Shown piece by piece: positions 21,797 to 31,159 of a stretch of 64,000 nucleotides of DNA. Both the position numbers and the translations under genes were made by a program. The notes under the pieces were generated by a model, which saw nothing but the letters and a program-made list of their open reading frames with translations, searched no databases and had not been told where the DNA came from. Source of the stretch: Emiliania huxleyi CCMP1516 (lineage: Eukaryota); contig NW_005202427.1 of NCBI RefSeq assembly GCF_000372725.1, positions 558,001 to 622,000 of the forward strand. The letters run 5' to 3'. Positions within the stretch are counted from its first letter, which is position 1, and each line of letters opens with the position of its first letter.

Positions 21797-23242
21797 TTAC
21801 TGCGTCTCGCGCGCGATCGCGAAGCCCAAGACGCAGTGGCCAAAGTCGAGCGCCGCGATGCCGTTCGTGTTTCCTGCCGAGTCGAGGTGGTACCGCTCGT
21901 GGATCTCGTAGAGCGAGCGGACGAGGAGCGCCGCCCGCGCGCGGGCCGGCGCGGGGAAGAGCGAGTGGCTTGCCGGCGACCACGGCGCCGCCGCCCGCCG
22001 GACCAGCGCCGCCGCCTCGCCCGCGCCGCCCACGGCGCGCCGCAGCGGCGTCGGCTCGCCCTCGTGCAAGCTTGCGCCGCTGCGCAGGAGGGAGGTGGCG
22101 CGGGCGGCGGTGAGGGTCTCAAGGTGCGCGAGCGGCGTCCAGCCGCGGCTGGCGACCAGCCAGGCGGCGAGGTCGGCGTGGCCTTGGCTGTTTGCAACCT
22201 CCTCGGGCGTGCCGAAGGGCGTAGCGGCGCGGGAGGCGCCGTAGGAGGAGAGGAGCTTGGCGACCTCGAGGTGGCCCTGGTGGCATGCGATGAACAGTGG
22301 CGTGGCGCCGTTGTTGCAGGCTTGGTCGATCGCCGCGCCAGCCTCGAGAAGCAGCTGGGCGCACTCGAGCTGGCCCTCCTGGCTCGCGACGTACAGCGGC
22401 GAGAAGCCTCTGGCGTCTGCTTGGTTGACCGCCGCGCCAGCGTCGCGCAGCAGCTGGGCGGTCTCGAGGTGGCCGTTCTGGCACGCGACGGCCAGCGGCG
22501 TAAAGCCCTCCTCATCGGCCTGGTTGATCGCCGCGCCAGCGTCGCGCAGCAGCTGGACGCACTCAGCGTGGCCCTCCTGGCTCGCCGCGAACAGCGGCGT
22601 GGCGCCAGCCTCATCGGCCTGGTCGATCGCCGCCCCAGCCTCGAGGAGCAGCTGGACGCACTCGGGGTGGCCCTCCTGGCTCGCCATGAACAGCGGCGTG
22701 GCGCCCTGCTCATCGGCTTGGCCGACCGCTGCGCCAGCGTCGCGCAGCAGCCGGGCGATCTCGAGGTGGCCCTTGTAGCACGCGACGTTCAGCGGCATGC
22801 GGCCTTCAGCGTCTGCATGAGCCACCGCCGCGCCAGCCTCGAGGAGCAGCTGGGCGCATTCGAGGTGGCCCTTCTGGCTCGCGATGAGCAGCGGCGTGGC
22901 GCCGTTCTCCTTGGCCTGGTCCATCGCCGCGCCAGCCTCGAGGAGCAGCCGGACGCAGTCGAGGTGGCCGTTCTGGCACGCGATATACAGCGCGGAAGCG
23001 CCGCGCCCAGTCGTCGCCCCGACGCTCGCGCCGCCCTCGAGCAGCAGCCGCACCGCCTCGGCCTGCCCGTGACGGGCGGCCCAGGTCAGCAGCGTGTCCT
23101 GCCTGTCGGTGTCGTGCCGCGCGTCGAGCTGGGCCGCGAGCGACGTGCCGCGCGTCCGCCGCCCGGAGAGGAAGGCGCGCAGCCAGGCCAGGTCGCCCCG
23201 AGCCAGGTCTGCGAGGCGGGCTGGGAGGATGGCGCCGCTCAT
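21797..23242 (-). CDS. Ankyrin-repeat protein (about 9 repeats)
   Basis: Repeats of GATPLFxASQEGHxECxQLLLEAGAAIDQA in a 481-aa ORF. Confidence 0.95.
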   Translation of the reverse strand: MSGAILPARLADLARGDLAWLRAFLSGRRTRGTSLAAQLDARHDTDRQDTLLTWAARHGQAEAVRLLLEGGASVGATTGRGASALYIACQNGHLDCVRLLLEAGAAMDQAKENGATPLLIASQKGHLECAQLLLEAGAAVAHADAEGRMPLNVACYKGHLEIARLLRDAGAAVGQADEQGATPLFMASQEGHPECVQLLLEAGAAIDQADEAGATPLFAASQEGHAECVQLLRDAGAAINQADEEGFTPLAVACQNGHLETAQLLRDAGAAVNQADARGFSPLYVASQEGQLECAQLLLEAGAAIDQACNNGATPLFIACHQGHLEVAKLLSSYGASRAATPFGTPEEVANSQGHADLAAWLVASRGWTPLAHLETLTAARATSLLRSGASLHEGEPTPLRRAVGGAGEAAALVRRAAAPWSPASHSLFPAPARARAALLVRSLYEIHERYHLDSAGNTNGIAALDFGHCVLGFAIARETQ

Positions 23243-23919
23243 GCCGCCAGAAAGAAGAAAACTTGGCGCGGAAAAAAGCGCTACCTTTCAGGCGCGGGCG
23301 CGCGGGCGCGGCGGGCGCGCCACGGCATCGCCGGCGCTGGCGAGCAAGGGCGGCGAGAAGCTATCGCGGCGTGGGAAGAAGGCGGTGGCGAAGGAGGCGG
23401 GCGAGGAAGGCGAGGCGATTTATCGCGCGACGCTCGAGTCGCTGTTGGCGTCCACCGGTTGGACGCCGCGCGCCGCGGAGGAGATGGCGCGCGAGGAGCA
23501 GCGTGCGCATGTTCGGCAGATGCGCTGGGCAAGGGGACACGGACGGCCGGGGGGAGCCGGTCCGGTGCTTTGACGCGGAGGAGTACGACGAAGGCGACGA
23601 CGCTTTCGACGCGCTCTTCGACGGGGGCTCGGGGGACGGGTGGGATTCCCCCTCGGGGGGCGGCGCTTTCTTCTAGGCGCCCGCCTTGACCCAACATAGA
23701 GGGCGCTTTTGGGTAATATATGTATGTATTTTAGGGATCGCGAATGTTGGACGGAGGGTGGACGCGTCCAGGGGGGGGTCAAGGGGGGGGGGTCGAGAAG
23801 AGGGGGGGGGGGGGGGTATTTCTTCGACCAAAAGCGTGACAGCTGCGGAGGGGCTGGAGAGCGAGTCGTAACACATCGGAGCACATCGGAACGCCCCTGC
23901 TAGCGACGCCTGGGCGGCG

Positions 23920-25780
23920 ATGACGCCGCAGGCGGCGACCGCGGAGCACCGCGGGGACGGCGTCGACCGGCGTAACGCCCACCACGAGCGATCGGCCCGC
24001 GAGAGGAGCGAGCGCGAGGCGGGAATGAGGGCGTTCGAGCCGCCGCCGGACGAGGAGGGGGCGGTGGAGCACCTGAGCGCGTCCGTCGTGCTCGCGGCGG
24101 TGGAGGAGAGCGGGCCCAACTACCTGCTGCCGAAGGCGCCGGAGCCGGTCAAGTCGCGCCGGAAGCGGCTCATGGTGGACGAGGCAGCAAGGCAGGCGGG
24201 TCAGGTGATCCTCGAGACGGGCACGCGAGTCGAGATCTTCGCGGAGGATTCGGGGGAGGAGAGGTGGTGGCCGGGGACCATCATGGAGCGGACGGAGGAC
24301 ACCGACGGCCGGCTCGTGCACCGCGTCCAGTACACCAACTTCGAGGGCGATCGGTACTGGCACGTGCTCGACGACGAGCAGTGGCGCAGGGTGGCGGACA
24401 CGGGGCCAGAGCTAGACCACGCCCGCGCTGGCGCTGGCGACGCGGCACTCCGCGACGGCGCGAGCTTGGCGGCCTCCAGACTAATGAGGTGGGACAACGC
24501 CCGGGGGGAGACGGCCGGCGGGGCGAGCGAGACGACCGGCGGGGCGGGCTCCGCCGAGACGACCGGCCAGGCGGGCTCCGCTCCTGACCTCAACTGGCCG
24601 GGGCGGAGGAGGGTGCGGCGCAGCGCCGCCATGGAGCTGCTTCGCACGCGGGACGAGGCCGAGCAGCGCGAGGCCAGGCGGCCCGACGACGCGCCCATGC
24701 TGTCGCAGCACAGCGCCACGCTGTCGCGTCAGCTCGTGATCGTGCGCCGCCGGCTGAGGGAGTACCTCGCAGACCTGGCGGAGGACAGCCTGTCGGTGCC
24801 GATGCAGCGCACTTCCCGCGGCCTTCACCCGACCATGCGGTGGACGGTCGAGTTCGGCAAGTGGCTGGCCACGACGCGGATCGTCGAGTCGAGGGCGTTT
24901 AGCTGGCACCTGGCCGAGGAGCAGTCGGCGGGACAGGCGGAGGCGACGGCGCGCAGCGGCCGGGGGTCGAACACGGTGTACGTCGCACTGCAGCACATGA
25001 AGAACCACGTCTGGCGCGAGCTGTGGCCCGCGATGCCGGCCGACGCGAGGCAGTACTGGCACTGGGTGACGCGGCGCGTGATGGGGATCTTCGAAGGCGG
25101 CGGCGGCGGGATGCGACAGGAAGCAGAGAAGGCTGGGAGGGGAGCGGGACAGGCGGCGGCGCAGGCAAGCGTCGCGCGAGGCGAGGGCGTGGAGCAGCAG
25201 CAGGCGGCGAGCGCGAAGGCGAGCGCGGACGCGACTCGGCAGGTGGAAGCGGAGCTGCGCGCGGGGACGACCCGCCCGTGCACGAAGCAGCACCTGTTCC
25301 AGACGGGGGAGTACCTGCTGCAGGACGCGCACCTCTCCGAGCCCTTCGAGGTGAACGTGGCCTTCATCATGAGCGCGTACGTGTGCCTCGCGAGGCAGAC
25401 CGGCTGCCGGCCCGGGATGACGATGAACGACGCGAACGACCTCGCGAACACTACCAGTCACTGGTGCGCACCCACCGCCCGCGGCACCCGTAGGCACGGT
25501 GGGGTGGAGGGCGCCCGAGGGCCAGCGGGGCGGGCGCCTGTTGCGATGAGGGACACGGGTGAGGTGGAAGGCGCCCGGGAGGCGAGGGGAGGGGGCGTGA
25601 AGCGACGCGTAGGACGCGGATTGATACCGCCGGAGGCGTCTCGGCCTCACCCCTCACCCCGAGCCCCGACGCGCGATGCGGCAGGCACGAGGTACCGCCG
25701 CTTCGGATGAGCGACTTGCGGATCGACATGGACAACGAGCTGGGCGGCGCGCTGACCGAGGGCGCGTTCCGGGCGCTCTG
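23920..25780 (+). mobile_element. Truncated Tudor-domain + tyrosine recombinase gene (Crypton-like)
   Basis: Tudor-like GTRVEIF...WWPGTI...HRVQY; core-binding-like FGKWL...SNTVYVAL; box I YVCLARQTGCRPG. A GT-AG intron at 25464-25684 joins in frame to PPLRMSDLRI. Coding character is lost at an A/T tract near 25781; no HxxR/Y box II. Confidence 0.6.
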
Positions 25781-25922
25781 CAGTAAAAAAAGAGGCATTT
25801 TTTTTACAGTGGTGTGGAAAAAGAAAAAAAAAGCCCAGCGCCGCAGGCGCCGGCCGGAGGCCGGGAAGGGATGGGGAGGGAAAAGGAAGGTTAGAAGAGG
25901 AAAGAGGAAGCTACACATGGCT

Positions 25923-26886
25923 CTACTTGCGTGCCTTCCGCTTGCCGAGCGCCTTGTCGGAGGATGCACCTGGCGAGCTGCGCGTCGAGCGCGAGCCAGG
26001 CGACGCCGGCGAAGCTGCACGTACCGCGGCGCCAACTTTGACTCGCGCCGCCTCGACGAGGCGGGCCACCGTTTCGATGAAAGCGTCGGCGCCGGCGGCG
26101 TCGCTCTCGAAGAGCTCGCCGCGCTCGTTCTCGTCGAAGTCGTACATCAGCGAGGTCATCTCTTCGAGCGGCACCCAGCGCGTCGCCGTGTAGCGCTCGC
26201 GTTCTTCATTGCCCATCGACTCGAAGACGCCGCGCACGAGGAAGCACGGCTCCAACTCCGCGTCGTCGATCGGTCCCTCGCGCTGCGCCATGGTCATGTC
26301 GACCGGGTTGTGCAGCCGCATGCCGAGGACCGCGTGAGCCTCGTGGATGAGCAGGCCGGCCAGGTCCAGGTCCTTCGCGCGTTGACGTCGAGCGCTCAGC
26401 GTCTTCTTGGAGTAGATGTCGATCCTCGGCTCGATGTCGTTGTCCAGGTCCATGACGCTCGCGTCCCACGACCACTGGACGAAGCCGAGCGTGGCAGCTG
26501 TGACGCGCTCGCTCGCGCTGAGCTGCTCCCAGCAGCGCTGGCACGCCGGCACGTCGTCGCTGACAGCGTATGCAGCGTCGGCCGCGTTGGCTGCTGCCGC
26601 CGAGCTCGAGCCAGCGGCACTGTTCCCGGCCGGCGCCTTGCTGCCGAACACGCTGGGCATGTGACGCGCGAAGAAGCCCGGGCTCATGGCGGTCCCAGCG
26701 TCAGTTGCCGTCGGTGCCGGCGCCGGCGCAGGAGCAGCCGCAGTCGTCGCCGCCTTCTTTGCAGCGCGTGCCTCTCTCGCCTCCCTGGCGCGCTTCTCCA
26801 AGAAGTCGGGGTTCTCTCGCTTCTGCTTGTCGTACCACGACTCGTCGGATGTCGCGGCGGCCTTGCCCTTGCCCGACTTGGGCATC
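25923..26886 (-). CDS. Hypothetical protein convergent with the recombinase relic
   Basis: ATG MPKSGKGK; intronless, coding-like codon bias; contains WEQLSASERVTAATLGFVQWSWD. Confidence 0.6.
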
Positions 26887-27179
26887 TTGGCCGACAACAC
26901 GCGCGCAAGACGGCGCAGCACGCCGCCAACACGCGTCAACACGCGTCAACACGCTCAACACGCGGTCAACACGCCACCACTGTGCAAACAGCGCCTTCCC
27001 CAAAAAAGAACACCGGGCGCGGTGGTCGGGAATGGCTGCCCGCCTCGCACCGGCGTAGCCCTAGCGCGCCACTCTCGTCGTATCGCTCTCATTGCGGCGT
27101 GGCGATGATTCGCCGTGCGCTCGATCTCGACCGCCCGGGCCTTCGTCGCAGTATCTCGCCCTCTTTTGCCGCCGCCGCC

Positions 27180-28099
27180 ATGGCGGCCTCGGCACCGCCC
27201 GAGCAGACGGTCGCTGTCGCCGCGCTGGCCCCACCGCCCTCGGTGACGCTGCGGCTGCGCGGGGTCGACGGTGAGGCTTCGTGGATGCCTGCGGCGACAC
27301 CGCCGCGCAGGACTCGCACCTTCTCGGTCGGCGCCTCCGCCGCCACGCCCCCACGGACGCTATTGGACCAGTACACCTCGCGCAAAGCGCCAGGCCAGAT
27401 CGCTCACGACGAGCATCTCACAGCGCCGTCAAAGCCGGCGGGAGGCGAGCGGCAGGCGGAGAGGGACGCGGCGACGCGGCGGGAGCTGGAGCTGCGCCGC
27501 GCCTTCAAGGGCGAGAAGTCGCGCCTTCTCGCGGAGGCGGAGGAGGCGCGCGAGGCGTCCGAGACGCTGCGCGCGGAGCTGAGCAAGGCGCGACAGGAGG
27601 CGGCGGAGGCGCAGAGGAGCTCCGAGGAGCACCGGGCGGCGGCGGAGAGTGCGGCGCGCGACGTGTCCGCCGCGCGCGCCGAGGCTGCGCGGCTGCGGGG
27701 CGAGGAGGGCGCGCTGCGCGGCCTGTCTGCCGAGGCGCTCGAGGCGCTCGAGCGCGGTTCGCTCGCCGCGCTGACCGCGATCCGGCAGGCGAGAGAGGAG
27801 GCGGCGAGGCGCGCGAGGACGTGCGTGGTCTGCATGGCGGCCCCCCGCTCCGCCGTCTTCTTGCCGTGCGGCCACGCCGCTTGCTGCGCCGATTGCGTCG
27901 ACAGCTTGCGCCGCCACGCCTCGCAGGCGGCGCAGGCCGCCGCGACTCTGCGCGCCAGCTCTCGCGCGCCGCGCCGCCGCCGGCCCCGCGCGCCCCGACC
28001 CGCCCGCGCCGCCCGGCGCGTAGGCAACTCGCCCACGCCTACGACTGCCCCATCTGCAAGCGCCCCGTCGCGTCCGCCCACCGCGTGTTTTGGGCATGA
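27180..28099 (+). CDS. Coiled-coil + C-terminal RING (C3HC4, IAP/Mdm2-type) protein
   Basis: CVVCMAAPRSAVFLPCGHAACCADC, then CPICKRPV in another frame, implying an intron or frameshift at ~27925-28023. Confidence 0.8.
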
Positions 28100-28490
28100 C
28101 GCTCAACGGCGAGCGCCGCACTGCTTGGGGGCCGCGCTGTCGATTGTGTGTGTGTGTGGGGGGGGGGGGCGAGCCGCTTCTGCCCAGGCGCTTGGCGGCA
28201 TCGCCTTGATCTTTGTGTACAATGCACTGAATGCGGCACCCCCCTACGGCTCTTGGCCGCGCTAACCGCTATGCCTAGATGGCTCGAGCGCGTTTGTCGG
28301 GAGAGAATCTCTTCTGCGACGTGCAGAGCAGCTGCAGTGTGCAGAGTCCAGCCCACCTTGGAGTCTAGACAAGCGCTCACCACTCAACGCGAGATATGTG
28401 TGGTACATGCTCATGCAGCTGCTGTATCGCCGTGTGCTCCGCGTGCTCTGCTTTTTGGATTTTGCCTGCGACTTCTACAATATACATGTG

Positions 28491-28868
28491 TAGAGCTGTC
28501 AAACGTTAACTTTGGGCCTAACAGTTGCACTATTGTTGGCTGAAAATCCTCAACGTTGTTCAAGTGTTCTCCCCAGCCCAAGCTGTTACTGTTTGTTACT
28601 GTTGTTACTGTTGTTCAGTGGTCAGCAAGCAGAAAATGCCAAAAAAACCGGGTAAAACCCGAAAATACCTGGGGTTTTCCAGGTATTTTCGGGTATTACC
28701 CGCACTGGACGCTGGAGATCGTCGTGGGTCACTGCCAGGCCTTCCTTATTTTGTTGTTCAGCTGGCCTAACGTAACGTTAGCTACTGTTGTTGGGGAGCC
28801 CCACTGTTGTTCTGTTGTTACTGTTAACACTAGCAACACTGTTCAGCTCTTAACGTTTGACAGCTCTA
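28491..28868. mobile_element. hAT-type MITE, 378 bp
   Basis: Perfect 19-bp TIR TAGAGCTGTCAAACGTTAA; 8-bp TSD TACATGTG at 28483-28490 and 28869-28876. Confidence 0.93.
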
Positions 28869-29308
28869 TACATGTGCCTGTGCCTGTGGCTGCTGCCCTG
28901 CCGCCCCGTGCTGCATCCTGGCTGCAGGGTAGGCTCCGCCTCACTGCATCTCGAACTGGATTCCACGAATTGATTTTCCTAGCGTCGTCAAAGTGAGCTG
29001 AAAGTTCGCTCAAGAGCCGATGTCACCCGCCGACCGCCTCCCATCTCGCCGCTGCTCTGGCGGGGCGGCGGCGGGGCCTGGCGACGGCGCGCGGCGCATG
29101 TGCCGTGGCGACCCACCGGGCCGGCCGGCCGCGCAGGCGCCGACCGGTGATCGCCACCGCGCCCCGCCTCGGAACGCCGTTTCCGCTTGGCGTCCGAGGC
29201 GCTCGGCGTTCCCGCTGGAGCGCGAGATCGGACCGGGTCGGACGCTCCTTTTCTCGCCGTAGGCACGGCTGGCCGGCTGAAGCAACGGAAAAACAAGAAT
29301 CGCACCGG

Positions 29309-30703
29309 TCAATCCTCTCCGGCCAGCCTCGGGCGAATTAAAGCCGCAAAAAATCGGAAGTTTCCGCCGCCCCGGATTCCACCTCCCTGGCCCTCCACGC
29401 CCCGCGCGCGCGTCCGTATCACCGCCGCAGTCGGCCTCCCCGCCCCGCGCGCTGTAGGAGCGGCGCCCACCCACCGGAGACGCCTTCCCCTAGACCGCCC
29501 GACCACCCCACCAGGCAAGTCGCCAAACGTGTGCGTCGCGTGCACCGCGAGCGGCGAGCGAGCGGTCGCCAACTGAAGCTGCTGCACGAAGAAGGCGTGG
29601 CCGTTGGTGACGTCGAAGATGGAGAAGATACCGACGAGCAAAGACAGACTCACGTTGGGGAGGCACACGTCATAGATGAACCGGGAGCCGGGATTGGGCC
29701 GCCTGGGTGCGATCGTGCGCTCGGAGGCCGAGCCCTTCCACGGCTTGTTGAAGCCCTTGTCCTGCGGTGGACCCCTGGCGCACCACCTCTCGGCAAACTG
29801 CCGGAAGTCCTTCCGCCGCGGCTCGTCCACCACCCAGCTGTTGCCGTCCCGGTGGCGGTCGTGGGGGCCTGAGCCGTCGAGGAGCTCATTGAAGATGGTC
29901 TGATCCTGGTCGTCGCGCATGCCGGACTCCATGCGCGACGCCCACTCCTTGAGCGTCGCGATGGCAACAGCCGTGGAGCGGACGGCGAGCACCCCCGTGT
30001 TCTTGTACGCGTTGACCATGTTGAAGCAGCCAGATCCAGCAGCGTCCTCGCTTGGATCGAGACAGTCCGTGGTCATGATAAGATCTGCGTGGGCATAGTC
30101 CTCGTATCCAGGCCGCTGCCCCTGGATCATTGGCACCGGGCTCTCCAGCCACACGCAGTCGGCATCAGACATCACGACATCAATCCCCTTCTGCAGGATG
30201 AACAGAAGCGACTCGAGCTTTCGCCGGCCGAGCGCGCGGAAGCCCGACGTGGACGTCGACGGGACGTACTCGCCGTCGAGTCCGGTCGCGGTGGACGACC
30301 AGTCGAGGCATTGAAAGCGCTCGGCACGGCACTGGGAGATCACGCCCGCGTCCATGGCAGCAACAAGGATTGGAAGCTGGAGCCGCTCGACGTGTTGCAA
30401 CCAGTTGGTCAGCAGCTCACGCACCCCAGCTGTTGCGTAGGTCATCATGAGAATGCTTCCGTTGAGCAATGGCGGCAGTGAGGCTGGCGCGTGCACGTAG
30501 ACCATGCCTCCCGCCACGGAGGTGCTGTTAGCAACACCACCAGCAATGGAGCATGGTGGCAAAGTCGGACGGGCAGAATGTGTCCAGCCTGAGGATGACG
30601 ACGAATGTGCACGCGTGCCAGCGCCGGCCGTCGATATCCGCACGACGGTCAGCAACGCCAAGAGCATGACGGTTGCGCACGCCGCTCTCGCCAAACTTGG
30701 CAT
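29309..30703 (-). CDS. Nucleotide-diphospho-sugar transferase (GT77, XEG113/RRA-like); C-terminus may be truncated
   Basis: N-terminal signal anchor; LLTNWLQHV; VVMSDAD (DxD); NTGVLAVRST; DQTIFNELL; NGHAFFVQ...AVHAT. Confidence 0.85.
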   Translation of the reverse strand: MPSLARAACATVMLLALLTVVRISTAGAGTRAHSSSSSGWTHSARPTLPPCSIAGGVANSTSVAGGMVYVHAPASLPPLLNGSILMMTYATAGVRELLTNWLQHVERLQLPILVAAMDAGVISQCRAERFQCLDWSSTATGLDGEYVPSTSTSGFRALGRRKLESLLFILQKGIDVVMSDADCVWLESPVPMIQGQRPGYEDYAHADLIMTTDCLDPSEDAAGSGCFNMVNAYKNTGVLAVRSTAVAIATLKEWASRMESGMRDDQDQTIFNELLDGSGPHDRHRDGNSWVVDEPRRKDFRQFAERWCARGPPQDKGFNKPWKGSASERTIAPRRPNPGSRFIYDVCLPNVSLSLLVGIFSIFDVTNGHAFFVQQLQLATARSPLAVHATHTFGDLPGGVVGRSRGRRLRWVGAAPTARGAGRPTAAVIRTRARGVEGQGGGIRGGGNFRFFAALIRPRLAGED

Positions 30704-31159
30704 GTCACCGCGCGTCACTAGAAATAGGCGAGCACGGAGGGCACGATGGCGAGACAGGTGCTATCTCACGCCGTCGGTTGGGTGCATTACTCACCGACCC
30801 AGCCCGTGCACAAACCCAGAAGAGATTTTCTCTCTCTCTCAGTGTATGTAGCTCTTACGTACATTCCCGGAGGAGGACTGCTGACGGGGTTTGCGATGAG
30901 GAGCGATCCGAACGTGGTATTCGGGGTATTTTAGGGGCGACTTCACACCAGGATGGTGCAAGATAGGTCGCAACTGATCCAGTCCTCCCAGGGCGGGGGA
31001 AGTGGTCGCATATGCGCTAAGACCCCCACACACTAAAAAAAAAGCAGGATTGATTGATCCAGCAACGCGCTAAAGGTCGGCGCGCTTGACGGCTGCACTC
31101 CCAGTGCTCCTTCCCGTGAGCGCGCGATCGCGGATCGCTCGCGCTTGACGGCTGACTCA

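Noticed and set aside
21722..23689. 655-aa plus-strand ORF
   Set aside because: Antisense to the ankyrin gene.
25707..28265. 852-aa ORF
   Set aside because: Chance read-through linking the recombinase second exon, the antisense of another gene and the RING gene.
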